Source: Candidatus Woesearchaeota archaeon
Lineage (GTDB): Archaea > Nanobdellota > Nanobdellia > Woesearchaeales > 0-14-0-80-44-23
Length of the DNA: 64,000 nucleotides
Direction of reading: 5' to 3'
Assembly: GCA_038874135.1 (NCBI GenBank)
Contig: JAVZCZ010000001.1
Location: 352,001-416,000, forward strand
Under the pieces are notes generated by a model. It was not told the origin of the DNA, did no database searches, and saw only the letters and a program-made list of their open reading frames with translations. The translations under genes were made by a program, and so were the position numbers. Positions 38,527-49,072 of this stretch are shown here, piece by piece; within the stretch, counting starts at the first letter, position 1, and each line of letters opens with the position of its first letter.

Positions 38527-39261
38527 ATGAAGGAAAGTTATCTTGATGAAATCATAATCGGATTATACTCTGAAAAACCTTGTGAAGAGCTCAGGCGAGA
38601 GTTCATAGAAAGAAAACATGTGATAGGAATTGCCGGCAATATAGGCGTAGGAAAATCCACCCTTGCAGAGATCCTATCAAAGGTTCTAGAATGCCCGGTT
38701 TACAAAGAATTGGACGAACCAAATCCTTACCTTGAAAGATTTTACAAGAATCCAAAAGAATGGGCTTACAAGAGCCAGATGTTCTTCTTAGAAGCCAAAG
38801 CAAGAAAGATGAAACAAATTCAAGAGTCAGAAAAATCTGCAATAATTGACAGGACAATCTATGAAGACATATACATATTTGCAAGGGCACAACTTGAACT
38901 CGGCAACATGACAAGAGAAGAATGGCGAAGTTACGAGGAAAGAAAGGATGAACTGCTAAAAGGCATACAATACCCTGAAATGATAATATACCTCAGGGGA
39001 AATGCTCAGCCAACGCTCTGGGAAAGAATAAACAGCAGAAAGAGGCCTGAAGAGGTGAATGGCACTTCCTTGGATCAGGAATATCTATACTTCTTAGGCG
39101 GGCTTTATGAGGTTTGGGTGCACTCTTCAGAGCTGAATAGCAAAACAGAGGTCAGAGTAATAGAAACTGACGATTTCAGAAAGCAGCCTCAAGCCGATGA
39201 GTCAATAAAAAATGTTGCATACAAAACAGTAATTGCGTTACACACTTTTTTTGTTAAATGA
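38527..39261 (+). CDS. Deoxynucleoside kinase (dNK/dCK family)
   Basis: 'IAGNIGVGKST', 'NPYLERFY', 'SQMFFL', 'IIDRTIYED..IFA'. Confidence 0.93.
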   Translation: MKESYLDEIIIGLYSEKPCEELRREFIERKHVIGIAGNIGVGKSTLAEILSKVLECPVYKELDEPNPYLERFYKNPKEWAYKSQMFFLEAKARKMKQIQESEKSAIIDRTIYEDIYIFARAQLELGNMTREEWRSYEERKDELLKGIQYPEMIIYLRGNAQPTLWERINSRKRPEEVNGTSLDQEYLYFLGGLYEVWVHSSELNSKTEVRVIETDDFRKQPQADESIKNVAYKTVIALHTFFVK

Positions 39262-39702
39262 TCAATTAACAAATCTTCTTGCCACTAGAGGAATCAACCC
39301 GAAAGAAGCAATCCCTGCACAAACTAAAAACCCTATTAGAGGGTTTGGAGTTTTAGGCGGACATTCAGAACTTAAAGGTATGTCTATCCGAAAGCTCATT
39401 ATGCTATTTTCAGATGTTTTCAGTTCTAAATATGAGAAAGAGCACTCCTTAAGTGCAGTGACATTTATTGTTTGCGAGCTTCCAGCCTCAACTACAACAT
39501 TCTGCAATGAGGCAATAAACATTCCAGAATTCTCAGTAATAGAAACATTAATCTTTTCATTTCCTGTGTTGAAAATTGTGAGCTGCAAGTTCTGCTGAGA
39601 AGCTCTGAAGTCCAGCCTATCAGGGGAAACTCCCAGAGATGCTGCATTTGTTACATAAACCAGCATTATAAATAAAAAAATTAGAAGAATCTGCCTTTTC
39701 AA
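39262..39702 (-). CDS. Secreted/membrane-anchored Ig-like hypothetical protein
   Basis: Signal peptide, 'LGVSP', 'IFNTG', C-terminal TM. Confidence 0.7.
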   Translation of the reverse strand: MKRQILLIFLFIMLVYVTNAASLGVSPDRLDFRASQQNLQLTIFNTGNEKINVSITENSGMFIASLQNVVVEAGSSQTINVTALKECSFSYLELKTSENSIMSFRIDIPLSSECPPKTPNPLIGFLVCAGIASFGLIPLVARRFVN

Positions 39703-39706
39703 AGTC

Positions 39707-41032
39707 TCACCCCGATCTGGCAGTCAAGAATATAACTCCTGAGTAAATGCCCTCTTTTGAATCCGAAGGAACATCTATCCTTATAGATACTGGGACAAGT
39801 TCAGAAGGGTTGAGATATGGCCCCTCCCGCAGACTTTCGTTTAGAGTTAACATATCTCCCGCACTTTCTGAGAATGATATTGAAACGATACTCGGCGGAA
39901 GTGTTGAGGCTTTACCTGAAAACTCTGTTGAGAAGGCTCCTATCCTGAAAGCCTTATTCCCAAGGTTTGCCAGGGTGGGCCTGTCTGATGTTGAAAAGTC
40001 TGAGTCGCCCAGCCACTCAAAAGATGCTCCGGCGCTTATTGAATCAATCCTTATCTCTTCAGAGTCAAGGCTGAAGGCTATCATAGGCTCGTACTCAAAT
40101 GTTAGGGTTGAGTTATATGCCGAACCGCACGGCCCAGCCCTCACAGTGTAATTTCCAGGAGCATCATAGTAATTCATACTTAGATTGGATATCATGCCCG
40201 AATCGGTTCTTATGAATGTAAAGTTTTTATTCACAAATTCATTTGAGAGAATTCCGCAGAATGAGCTGTTGACTGTTGTGTTAATGAATATTTTAACCTG
40301 TCTGCTTGCTCCTGGCTTGGGTGTTATTTGTATTCCCTCTTTGGTAGGATTCTCATCTTGAAGGAGCAGCAAAGTTGAACCTGTTTGATACATTACTGTA
40401 AATGTGAGTTGAAGTGAGGCTGAGGGGGTTTTCTCTTCTGCTTGACTTCTGGAATTCTGCGGCTCTGGATAATCTCTTATTATGAAGTCTGCAGAGTTGT
40501 TGTTTGAGTCAATATAATTTCCCCCTGCCGGGATTAGCATTCCGGGTTTCCTCTCAAAACTTTTTCCAGATTGTGGGTTCGGCATTGGAGTGCCCTCATA
40601 GAGTAGGCCATCCATGTTGGAAGGATTTCCCCAGCCAAGAGCATCCAAAATCTCTCCATCAGGGCTTAGAAGGGCAACCCCTGCGTCAGAATTTGCCAGG
40701 GTTATTGCCTCTTCATAATCAGCATCTGGCCAAGAAGAATTGTCTTTAGAGGATGCCCAGCCTGCGTCTGCAATTAGGAAGAATCCGTATGGCGGTATGA
40801 TGGAACCGTTTGGCAGGACTGCATCCCTCGAGGAAGACTTTGTCATTATTGAATACCCGCTTATATCCACTGCAAATCCTTCTGTGTTGTAAAGCTCAAC
40901 TGCCTCTCCGCCAGTGTCTGTTAAAACAGGGTCTACTATGACCTCACTTATAAGCACCCTTGCTCCTGCCTGAATTGTGAGGAGCAGAATTATGCACAGA
41001 TAAGCTGCTGGCTTGTAAAGCATTTGCATCAC
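39707..41032 (-). CDS. Secreted lamin-tail-domain protein
   Basis: Signal peptide; 'VLISEV..DP...EAVELYN....VDISGY', 'LANS...VAL', 'DSNNNSADF'. Confidence 0.85.
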   Translation of the reverse strand: MMQMLYKPAAYLCIILLLTIQAGARVLISEVIVDPVLTDTGGEAVELYNTEGFAVDISGYSIMTKSSSRDAVLPNGSIIPPYGFFLIADAGWASSKDNSSWPDADYEEAITLANSDAGVALLSPDGEILDALGWGNPSNMDGLLYEGTPMPNPQSGKSFERKPGMLIPAGGNYIDSNNNSADFIIRDYPEPQNSRSQAEEKTPSASLQLTFTVMYQTGSTLLLLQDENPTKEGIQITPKPGASRQVKIFINTTVNSSFCGILSNEFVNKNFTFIRTDSGMISNLSMNYYDAPGNYTVRAGPCGSAYNSTLTFEYEPMIAFSLDSEEIRIDSISAGASFEWLGDSDFSTSDRPTLANLGNKAFRIGAFSTEFSGKASTLPPSIVSISFSESAGDMLTLNESLREGPYLNPSELVPVSIRIDVPSDSKEGIYSGVIFLTARSG

Positions 41033-41141
41033 CAGAAAGGATTTTGGAAAAGGTTGTTTATAACATTTGATAATGAAATCTCGGAAAGTATTCAGAAGAA
41101 TCGGAAAATAATTAAATAGAATGTGATAAGATTATCTTGGG

Positions 41142-42134
41142 ATGAGAGAGGCACTTTTTTATAGAAAGCTGAAAGGCAAAAAGGTTGAGTGCCAGCTCTG
41201 TCCGAGAAAGTGCGTTATTGGTCCTGGAAAGCTTGGATTCTGCAAGGCGCGAAGGAACATCGGCGGAAAGCTCTTTTCGCTTGTTTATGGAATGCCAGCT
41301 GCTCTACACGTAGACCCTGTTGAAAAGAAGCCACTCTTCCACTTTCTTCCAGGCTCTACAGCACTCTCATTAGGCACTACTGGCTGTAATTTCAGCTGCG
41401 ACAACTGCCAAAACTTTGAGATTTCACAGAGCCAGCCCGCTGAGTTTGAAGAGGTTAGCCCTGAGAGGATTGTTGAACTGGCAGTTGAACACAGCTGCAA
41501 AAGCATTGCCTTCACATATAATGAGCCCACAGTTTTTTATGAATACATGCTGGACATTGCTCTCTTAGCAAAAAAGAAGGGAGTAAGGTGCATTATTGTC
41601 AGTAATGGATTTATCAATGAAGCGCCTCTGAAAAAGATCCTACCCATAATTGATGCTGCCAACATAGACCTAAAAGGAGATGCAAATTTTTATAGAAGGG
41701 TGGCTAAAGGCGAGCTTGATCCTGTTTTGAATTCACTTAAGCTATTGCGAAATGCGGGCGTATGGTTGGAAATAACCAACCTGCTTATTCCCGGATACAA
41801 CGATTCTGAAAAGGATATTGAATGGCTTTCTTCCTGGATTGAACGCAACCTTGGAAGGGATGTGCCATTACACATCTCAAGATTCTTTCCCATGTTTAGG
41901 ATGGCTGACGTGCCAATAACTCCAGAGTCGCGCATTGAAGAAGCGTATATGACTGCTAAGAAGCATCTGGACTTTGTGTACACGGGCAACCTATTCAACG
42001 GGAGAGAGGACACCATTTGTCCAAATTGTTCAAACTGCCTAGTCGGGCGCTCCGGCTACTTCATTAGAGAAAACAACATAGAAAGGGGAAAATGCAAGTT
42101 CTGCAGAAGAAAAATTCCCGGAGTATGGGATTAG
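41142..42134 (+). CDS. amrS: AmmeMemoRadiSam system radical SAM enzyme
   Basis: 'CQLCPRKC', 'DPVEKKPLFHF.PG', CxxxCxxC 'GCNFSCDNCQN', 'AFTYNEP', C-terminal CxxC pairs. Confidence 0.93.
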   Translation: MREALFYRKLKGKKVECQLCPRKCVIGPGKLGFCKARRNIGGKLFSLVYGMPAALHVDPVEKKPLFHFLPGSTALSLGTTGCNFSCDNCQNFEISQSQPAEFEEVSPERIVELAVEHSCKSIAFTYNEPTVFYEYMLDIALLAKKKGVRCIIVSNGFINEAPLKKILPIIDAANIDLKGDANFYRRVAKGELDPVLNSLKLLRNAGVWLEITNLLIPGYNDSEKDIEWLSSWIERNLGRDVPLHISRFFPMFRMADVPITPESRIEEAYMTAKKHLDFVYTGNLFNGREDTICPNCSNCLVGRSGYFIRENNIERGKCKFCRRKIPGVWD

Positions 42135-43156
42135 CCCTTTATCCTTGATAGAAACTTATTAAAATCTTCTTTCTTGATGGAAAGCCCGCAGGCATTATCG
42201 TGCCCTCCACCATAGCCATCCAGTCCTGAGAGCGCCCTCTTTATGTTATCGGGAAGGTTTCCCTTCTTGGAGCGCAAGCTGCACTTGAGATAGCCCCCCT
42301 TCTCTCTACATATTATGTTCATCCTATCGGGAAACCTGTAAAGTATCTCATTGCTCAATTCTCCAGTGAAGCTCATCTTCGTACTTGGATAAATATAAAC
42401 TATAGGGTTGTCGCGCGAATGCTTCTCAAGAATGTCATTTATCAGGGCGTCATATTCCTCCTTAACTTCCAAGTATTTCTTGTAGATGAATCTTCCTGCA
42501 GGAGTTTCCTGCATTAGTATCTCCTGCGGGCTGGTTATTCTTGTAAGTATTTTTATACACCTCATGACCTCAGAGCTTCTGCCTTTAAGTATGAATGAGA
42601 ATATCCTGCTAAGCTCTCCAAGTTTAGTATTAAAGAGCGCATCAGGCGCGTTTAGCATGTTGGGAGGGAGAAGCTGCGGGTATTCCTTTGAAAACTTTTC
42701 CGCAAGCTGCGGGTCTATGAACCAGTCGCCTATCATCCCTACCATGGCAATCCAGAGATCTTCTCCAACAACCTTGTAAGCCCAATAAGATGTTGGCCTT
42801 CCATCTTCTTTATTTTCAATCCTTGGATTATAGTAGCGAGTCCCAGGAAGTCCTGCTGGAAAGTGGTGGTCCAGCCAGATTATTGGCCTGTCACAATTCT
42901 CAACAAAGTCCGGGCTTAGAAGAGGCTTGTCAAGTATAAACACATAATCTGCATCATACTCGTTGACCTTAGCAGCGTACTCTTCCTTAACCTCTGGACT
43001 TGACTTAACTATTATGCCGCGGCCAAGATGATTGCTCCTGTAAAATAGTAGAAATGAGCATAATCCGTCTGGATCGTCATCAAAAAAGTAGATTGGGCGC
43101 TCAGCTTTGCTCAAATACTCCCTTATCTCTTGAAGTTCTGATTCTGAAAGTGCCAT
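42131..43156 (-). CDS. DHH/DHHA1 phosphoesterase (RecJ/NrnA-like)
   Basis: 'DDDPDG', 'ILD', 'WLDHH', 'SLRS', 'GGGH..ACG'. Confidence 0.92.
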   Translation of the reverse strand: MALSESELQEIREYLSKAERPIYFFDDDPDGLCSFLLFYRSNHLGRGIIVKSSPEVKEEYAAKVNEYDADYVFILDKPLLSPDFVENCDRPIIWLDHHFPAGLPGTRYYNPRIENKEDGRPTSYWAYKVVGEDLWIAMVGMIGDWFIDPQLAEKFSKEYPQLLPPNMLNAPDALFNTKLGELSRIFSFILKGRSSEVMRCIKILTRITSPQEILMQETPAGRFIYKKYLEVKEEYDALINDILEKHSRDNPIVYIYPSTKMSFTGELSNEILYRFPDRMNIICREKGGYLKCSLRSKKGNLPDNIKRALSGLDGYGGGHDNACGLSIKKEDFNKFLSRIKG

Positions 43157-43326
43157 TTTTAGAATCTTTCAAAAGATGGCTATATTAATCTTTTGCTTTT
43201 AAAATATTGATAAAGCATTCTGAATTTAGAGGTGTATTAGAAAGCTTTTTAAAGCATATTTGCTTCCTGTTTTTAAGGGTTTTTAGACGGAAAAACCATA
43301 AAATTTTGAGTGGAGAGAATGGAAAA

Positions 43327-43902
43327 ATGGAAAATGGCTTAACATGGGAAAAAAGCGTTCTGGCGCGTGCCATAATTGAGATACTCGGAGCGCCTAAGGA
43401 GTATTTGCAGGAAGCGATGAAGGCGATTTTGGAAGATATTAAGAAGCATGATTACCTCAAAGTTGAAAGAGAGGAACTTTTTGAGCCGAAAGAGAGCGGC
43501 AAGCTATTCACCTCGTTTATGGAGCTGGAGCTCAGATTTAAGAACCTTGAATATCTATTCGGTTTTTGCATAGATTATCTTCCAGCTTCAATTGAGATAT
43601 TGGAGCCTGAAAGGCTGGAATATGGGGCTGCTGAGCTTACTCAGAGCATAAACGACCTGCTGGCTAAGCTTCACAGAATTGACGCTGCCTTAAAAGAAAA
43701 AACTGCTGAAAACGAAGTACTTGAGAGAAATGCAATGTTACTATTCAGAAACAATGTAATAATAACCCTGGGAGATAAGAAGATGAAAATTAATGAAATA
43801 AGTAGAATGGTTGGAATATCTGAAGAGCAGTTAAAGCCATTCCTGGACATCTGGATTAAGGAAGGTTTTATCAAGTGCGATAATGACTTGTATTATGTGT
43901 GA
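43327..43902 (+). CDS. Conserved hypothetical protein with coiled coil and probable C-terminal winged helix
   Basis: 'IIEILGAPKE', 'FTSFMELEL', 'DYLPASIEILEP'; start placed at MENGL. Confidence 0.75.
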   Translation: MENGLTWEKSVLARAIIEILGAPKEYLQEAMKAILEDIKKHDYLKVEREELFEPKESGKLFTSFMELELRFKNLEYLFGFCIDYLPASIEILEPERLEYGAAELTQSINDLLAKLHRIDAALKEKTAENEVLERNAMLLFRNNVIITLGDKKMKINEISRMVGISEEQLKPFLDIWIKEGFIKCDNDLYYV

Positions 43903-43912
43903 GGGTGCATAA

Positions 43913-44947
43913 ATGGCACACAGAGGTAAGATAGACAATTTTGAAGATTTGAAGAAGAGTGTGGAAGCTGTTCTCTTCGCAGCTGGCAGAAGGATGAAAC
44001 TCTCCGAGATTGCCAAGGTAGTAAAACAGAACGAAGAAGATGTAAAAAGTGCGCTTGTAGCACTTATGGATGACTATCAAAAGAATGACTCTCCAATGAT
44101 CATCCTAGAAGAGGGCGAATATTATAAGATGACTGTCAGGGAAAGGTATCTTGGTTATGTGAAGAAGATAGTTCCCAAAACGGACATGAGTAAGAGCGTG
44201 ATGGAAACGCTTGCCACAATTGCCTGGAAAGCACCTGTGCTCCAGTCAGAAGTTATAAGGATAAGGACTAACAAGGCGTATGATCACATAGACCAGCTAG
44301 AAGAAGCAGGGTTCATTTCAAAAAAGAAGCAGGGCAAGTCATACTTAATAATGCTCACTCAAAAGTTTTACGACTACTTTGACATTGAAAGTGAAGGAGA
44401 ACTGAAAAAGGCATTTAAGAGGATAGACGAGATTGCCAAAAAGTCTAAGCTTGCTGAAGAGCAGGACGCTGAGATGAAAAAGGCGGTAAGCAGTATGGAA
44501 GTGTATACTGAAGATGGAAAGGAGAAAGAAATCAGAGTTGTAGTTGAACCTGGCGAGCCGAAAAAGCCAGAGGCAATTCTATTTATAGATGAATCTGCCG
44601 TTGAGTCTGAGCCCCAGAAGCTGACTGTTGAAACGCAAAAAAGAGGGGAAAGTGAAGAGGAGAATAAAATTATTGAAAGGATGCTTTCCAACAAAAATCA
44701 GGAAGTAAAGGATCAGGTTCAAAGTGAAACTCAGAGTTCAAACTTGAATAAGAGTGTTACTGAAATAGAAGAGGGAGCAAAAAATCTTTCAGAGTTAAAC
44801 GAGACGCTCTTAGAAAAAGAAAAAACGGATACTTCAGAGCATAAGAAAAAGGCGAAACTTGACTTGTTTGAAGGAGAAGAAGAGCAGGATGAAGAAGATT
44901 CAGAATTGGAAGCTCTTTTCAGAGAAGAAGGAGATAATCAAAAATGA
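43913..44947 (+). CDS. scpB: SMC-Scp complex subunit ScpB with a long acidic tail
   Basis: 'VEAVLFAAG', 'METLATIAWKAPVLQSEVIRIR', 'HIDQLEEAGFI', 'T.KFYDYF'. Confidence 0.92.
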   Translation: MAHRGKIDNFEDLKKSVEAVLFAAGRRMKLSEIAKVVKQNEEDVKSALVALMDDYQKNDSPMIILEEGEYYKMTVRERYLGYVKKIVPKTDMSKSVMETLATIAWKAPVLQSEVIRIRTNKAYDHIDQLEEAGFISKKKQGKSYLIMLTQKFYDYFDIESEGELKKAFKRIDEIAKKSKLAEEQDAEMKKAVSSMEVYTEDGKEKEIRVVVEPGEPKKPEAILFIDESAVESEPQKLTVETQKRGESEEENKIIERMLSNKNQEVKDQVQSETQSSNLNKSVTEIEEGAKNLSELNETLLEKEKTDTSEHKKKAKLDLFEGEEEQDEEDSELEALFREEGDNQK

Positions 44948-45087
44948 AGAAGGTGTTAGTAGTCAGATGCCCTTTCTGCTCTCACAATATGAAATATGCT
45001 CCTAAGGAGATGCGTCCATCAAACAGGAAGAGGTGCGTATACTGCGGGAGATATTTCAAAGTTGAAGGAAACTTAGAGGACAGTTAA
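44944..45087 (+). CDS. 47-aa zinc-ribbon protein (not in the ORF track)
   Basis: [18 protein letters not shown]...[11 protein letters not shown]; ATGA overlap with the scpB stop; its stop lies 1 nt before the gyrA ATG. Confidence 0.8.
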   Translation: MKKVLVVRCPFCSHNMKYAPKEMRPSNRKRCVYCGRYFKVEGNLEDS

Positions 45088-45088
45088 G

Positions 45089-47566
45089 ATGAGTGAAGAA
45101 AAAAATGTTCAAAACAGGGAGATACAGGAAGAGATGACTGCTTCCTACATAGACTATGCAATGTCGGTCATAATAGGAAGAGCACTTCCGGATGTTAGGG
45201 ACGGTTTAAAGCCGGTTCACAGGAGAGTTCTGTATTCAATGAGGGAGCTTGGATTATTACACAATAAGCCAACTATGAAATCTGCTAGGATTGTTGGCGA
45301 TTGCCTTGGAAAGTATCACCCTCACGGAGACATGGCTGTTTATGATACATTGGTGAGGATGGCTCAGGACTTCTCAATGAGGTATCCCTTAGTCGTTGGA
45401 CAGGGCAACTTTGGAAGTATAGATGGGGACAGCCCTGCTGCTATGAGGTATACGGAAGCTAAGCTTTCTAAGATTGCAGAAGAAATGCTTCAAGACCTGG
45501 ATAAGGAATCAGTGGACTTCACGCCAAACTTTGACGGCACTTTAAAAGAGCCGACTGTACTTCCAGCAAAGCTTCCCAATCTTCTAATAAACGGAAGCTC
45601 AGGAATTGCAGTTGGAATGGCAACTAACATACCACCCCACAATCTGAAAGAGGTTGCAGATGCCATAGTCGCTGTTTTAGATAACCCAGGCATAAGCGTG
45701 AAGGAGCTTTGCAGTATTATTAAAGGCCCGGACTTTCCAACTGGCGGGATCATTTACGGAAGGAATGGAATATTAAATGCTTATCTAACTGGCAATGGAA
45801 AGGTCATAATCAGGGGAAAAACTGAATTTGAAGAGAAGAAAAACAGAAAAGCGATAGTTATAAAGGAGATTCCCTTTGCAGTGCAAAAGTCTCTGATTGT
45901 TGAGAGTATAGCGGACGCTGTTAGGGATAAGAAGATTCTGGGAATATCAGATATAAGGGATGAGAGCAATAAAGAAGGAATAAGGATAGTTCTAGAGCTC
46001 AAACAGGATGCAAATGAGGAATTCGTGCTCAACCAGCTGTATGCTCATACTCAGCTTCAGTCAAACTTTGGAATAATAATGTTGGCAATAGTGGATGGCT
46101 CTCCAAAAGTTCTTAACATAAAGCAGATTATAGAGCACTTTATAAGTCACAGGAAGAATGTTATTGAAAGAAGAACGCGCTATGATCTTAAAAAGGCAGA
46201 GGAGAGAAAACACATTTTGGATGGGTTAATAATCGCAATACAGCACATTGAAGAGGTTGTTCAGAAAATAAAGTCTGCAAAGGGAACTGAAGCTGCTTTA
46301 GAAGTGCTTCAGAGGGACTATGCCCTTACTGAAATTCAGGCGAGAGCAATTCTGGATATGAAGCTACAAAGGCTCTCTTCGCTGGAACGGGAGAGGCTAA
46401 TTCTGGAAAATGAGGAAGTAACTTCCTTAATAAAGAGGCTCAAAGAGATACTTTCCTCAGAATCGGAGATAATTAAAATAATTAAGGAAGAAACACTCAC
46501 GCTAAAAAGGGAATACGGCGATGAGAGAAGAACTGAAATCGTAGATGTTGAAGATTCTGACTCGGTTATAAACTATGAGGACACCATAAAGAGGGAAAAT
46601 ACTGTAATAACAATAAGCAAAGACGGCTATATCAAGAGAACATCCCTTTCAGAGTTCAGACTGCAGAAGAGGGGCGGTAAGGGCTTGATAGGTGCAAACA
46701 AGAAGGAAGAAGATCTTATGGAGCTGGTAAGAGTTGTAAACACCCATTCTGACATGCTCTTCTTCACTAACCTTGGAAGGGCGTACAGGATAAAAGCTTA
46801 TGAGATTCCCGAATCGGAAAGAAACTCCCGGGGAAGACCTGTTGTAAACTTTATGAATCTTTCTGAAGGAGAAAAAATATCTGAAATGATTGAAGTTCCA
46901 GAATTCTCTGATGGAAAATTTATAATACTCGCGACCAGCAGGGGAATAATAAAGAGATCTAGCCTTTCAGAGTATGATTCACGCAGGGAATCCATAAAGG
47001 CAATAATATTAGATGATAAAGATTTTGTAGTTGGGGCTGCAATAAGTGATGGGAATATGGACATAGTTCTGACCACACGGGAGGGGCTTGCAGCCAGGTT
47101 TAAAGAAGAGGAAGTCAGATGCACCGGCAGGGTTGCTCGCGGCGTGACTGGCATAAAGCTTGGTAGTAACGATTCTGTGATTGACTTGTGTGTAGCAACT
47201 CCTGAAAAATGCCTTCTCAGCGTAACTGAGAAGGGCTTCGGGAAGAGGACTTTTGTTTCTGAGTACAGATTAACTGGAAGAGCTGTTAAAGGGGTTAGGA
47301 ATATTAGGATCTCTCAAAAAACCGGGCTGGTCGCTGGAGTAAAGGAGGTTGAAGATGGAGATGAGCTTCTCCTAATAACGAAGGAGGGCAGCTCAATAAG
47401 GTTCCCAGCAGTTCAGGCTTCTTTAGTGGGCAGAAACGCTCAGGGCGTTAGACTGATAAAGCTTGAACCTAATGACATTGTTGTTTCAGTAGCCAAGATA
47501 AGTAGAGAAGCTGTTTCTGAAGCTCAAGAAGATAAGGAGAATGATAGCACTAAAAATGCCAATTAA
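45089..47566 (+). CDS. gyrA: DNA gyrase subunit A
   Basis: '[16 protein letters not shown]', 'KYHPHGD', catalytic 'AAMRYTE', GyrA-box QKRGGKG, beta-pinwheel repeats. Confidence 0.98.
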   Translation: MSEEKNVQNREIQEEMTASYIDYAMSVIIGRALPDVRDGLKPVHRRVLYSMRELGLLHNKPTMKSARIVGDCLGKYHPHGDMAVYDTLVRMAQDFSMRYPLVVGQGNFGSIDGDSPAAMRYTEAKLSKIAEEMLQDLDKESVDFTPNFDGTLKEPTVLPAKLPNLLINGSSGIAVGMATNIPPHNLKEVADAIVAVLDNPGISVKELCSIIKGPDFPTGGIIYGRNGILNAYLTGNGKVIIRGKTEFEEKKNRKAIVIKEIPFAVQKSLIVESIADAVRDKKILGISDIRDESNKEGIRIVLELKQDANEEFVLNQLYAHTQLQSNFGIIMLAIVDGSPKVLNIKQIIEHFISHRKNVIERRTRYDLKKAEERKHILDGLIIAIQHIEEVVQKIKSAKGTEAALEVLQRDYALTEIQARAILDMKLQRLSSLERERLILENEEVTSLIKRLKEILSSESEIIKIIKEETLTLKREYGDERRTEIVDVEDSDSVINYEDTIKRENTVITISKDGYIKRTSLSEFRLQKRGGKGLIGANKKEEDLMELVRVVNTHSDMLFFTNLGRAYRIKAYEIPESERNSRGRPVVNFMNLSEGEKISEMIEVPEFSDGKFIILATSRGIIKRSSLSEYDSRRESIKAIILDDKDFVVGAAISDGNMDIVLTTREGLAARFKEEEVRCTGRVARGVTGIKLGSNDSVIDLCVATPEKCLLSVTEKGFGKRTFVSEYRLTGRAVKGVRNIRISQKTGLVAGVKEVEDGDELLLITKEGSSIRFPAVQASLVGRNAQGVRLIKLEPNDIVVSVAKISREAVSEAQEDKENDSTKNAN

Positions 47567-47569
47567 GCA

Positions 47570-49072
47570 TTATGCAGCTTTAGGGGATTTATTTTTCTTG
47601 CCCTGAGTTTGTCTTGTTCTCTTAGGCTTTATCTTTTTAGCTTCTTCTTCATAAGACCTCATACGTATCTTAGAATAATTCACAGGGTTCCTTATTTTTT
47701 GACAGAGAGAATCTGGAGTGCATATGCCAATATCTGAGTAATACATCTTATTGGAACAGTTAGGCGGGAGGACCTTCCTACCCCTCTTTTTGTATCTCAA
47801 TTGAGACCTAACATAGTTTTCACGCAGGGGCTCCTTATTGCTCTTATTCCATTCAAGTATGAGTTTTTCAGCATCTGCATAATCCCAGCCCACGCTAGAA
47901 AGAAAGTTTTCAAGAATGAACAAGGCACGCTTACGCCCGTCAGATAAGCCTTTAAGAATGTTCTGTATGCATGGAGGGAAGAACTCTTTTGGAATTGCAG
48001 AAATTTGCATCTCATCTACAAGGTATTCACCAGCATCTTCTCTTTTAACGAACTCTTTTTCCCTCGTATAAAACTCCCAGTCAAAGGCGTTTTTGAACAA
48101 AAGTTCTGCTTCTCCTTCAACTGCATGCTCCCGACAGAGGAATTTAAACCTTGAAGGACTAACCTTTTCGGGCTGAGCGTTCTCCCTCTTAAAACTCATA
48201 ATCTCTTCAACACCTATTGGAAGGCTTACCAGTCCTGATTTCTCATTTATTGAATAAGCCAACCGGTAAAGGTGTCTAGGCGCTATTAGCACCGTGTCAA
48301 TTTCGAGAAATGAACTTATGTTTAGGCGTGGTGGGGGAAGCTCCTTTCCACTACGTATCAAATTCTTATACTCCTCTGGAGAAAGCTGCTTCCAAACCCC
48401 TTCTGAGTTTAAGAATCCATATTCTATTATCTCTGTTTTTCCAACCTTCTTAGCTATTGCGGAAAAGTCGCTGTTTTCAAACTTAAGTATCATCTCAGCC
48501 AGTTTAGGTTTTATCATCTCAGCAATATAGCGAGCTATTGTGCGCGGCGCTTCCGGGAATAAAAGGCGCACTTCTCTTTTCTCAACACGCCCAGTTGCAG
48601 AAAGTACTGGAACATGCTTTGGAAATGCTTCAAAAGGCACTCCAATGTGAAAACCCTTGTTCCCTGAAAACTTTACGCTGACACTTCTTATTCCTAACCT
48701 TTTAAGCTGATTAACAACAAGACTTGCTGCCATTCTGGAATATTCAAACTCTCGGCAGTCAATATCTAACACTAAGTCCCATCCCTCTCTTATTGAATCT
48801 AGGAACTGCCTGTTGGACTCCTGAGTGAGGAGCATCGGATTTTTCCATATTTCTTCTGAAACATGAAAGGAGGTTGCTCCCTCTTTTGCAAACTGCAATA
48901 TATCATTAAGGTAGAGGAGCACATCAGGCCGTTTTCCAAATCCTGAGCTTCCATACCTTACTGCCACTTCCCGCTTTGGGCAGTTGTAAAGCATCTCTTC
49001 TTGTATTTCCCTTCTGGAGTAGTATTCCAATACTTTCTTTCTATCCAGAACAGCTTGCTCCTCCATCTTCAT
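47570..49072 (-). CDS. Fused archaeo-eukaryotic primase PriS-PriL
   Basis: PriS motifs 'WDLVLDID' and 'KFSGNKGFH'; PriL Fe-S motifs 'FPPCI' and 'PPNC...C..D..C'. Confidence 0.92.
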   Translation of the reverse strand: MKMEEQAVLDRKKVLEYYSRREIQEEMLYNCPKREVAVRYGSSGFGKRPDVLLYLNDILQFAKEGATSFHVSEEIWKNPMLLTQESNRQFLDSIREGWDLVLDIDCREFEYSRMAASLVVNQLKRLGIRSVSVKFSGNKGFHIGVPFEAFPKHVPVLSATGRVEKREVRLLFPEAPRTIARYIAEMIKPKLAEMILKFENSDFSAIAKKVGKTEIIEYGFLNSEGVWKQLSPEEYKNLIRSGKELPPPRLNISSFLEIDTVLIAPRHLYRLAYSINEKSGLVSLPIGVEEIMSFKRENAQPEKVSPSRFKFLCREHAVEGEAELLFKNAFDWEFYTREKEFVKREDAGEYLVDEMQISAIPKEFFPPCIQNILKGLSDGRKRALFILENFLSSVGWDYADAEKLILEWNKSNKEPLRENYVRSQLRYKKRGRKVLPPNCSNKMYYSDIGICTPDSLCQKIRNPVNYSKIRMRSYEEEAKKIKPKRTRQTQGKKNKSPKAA

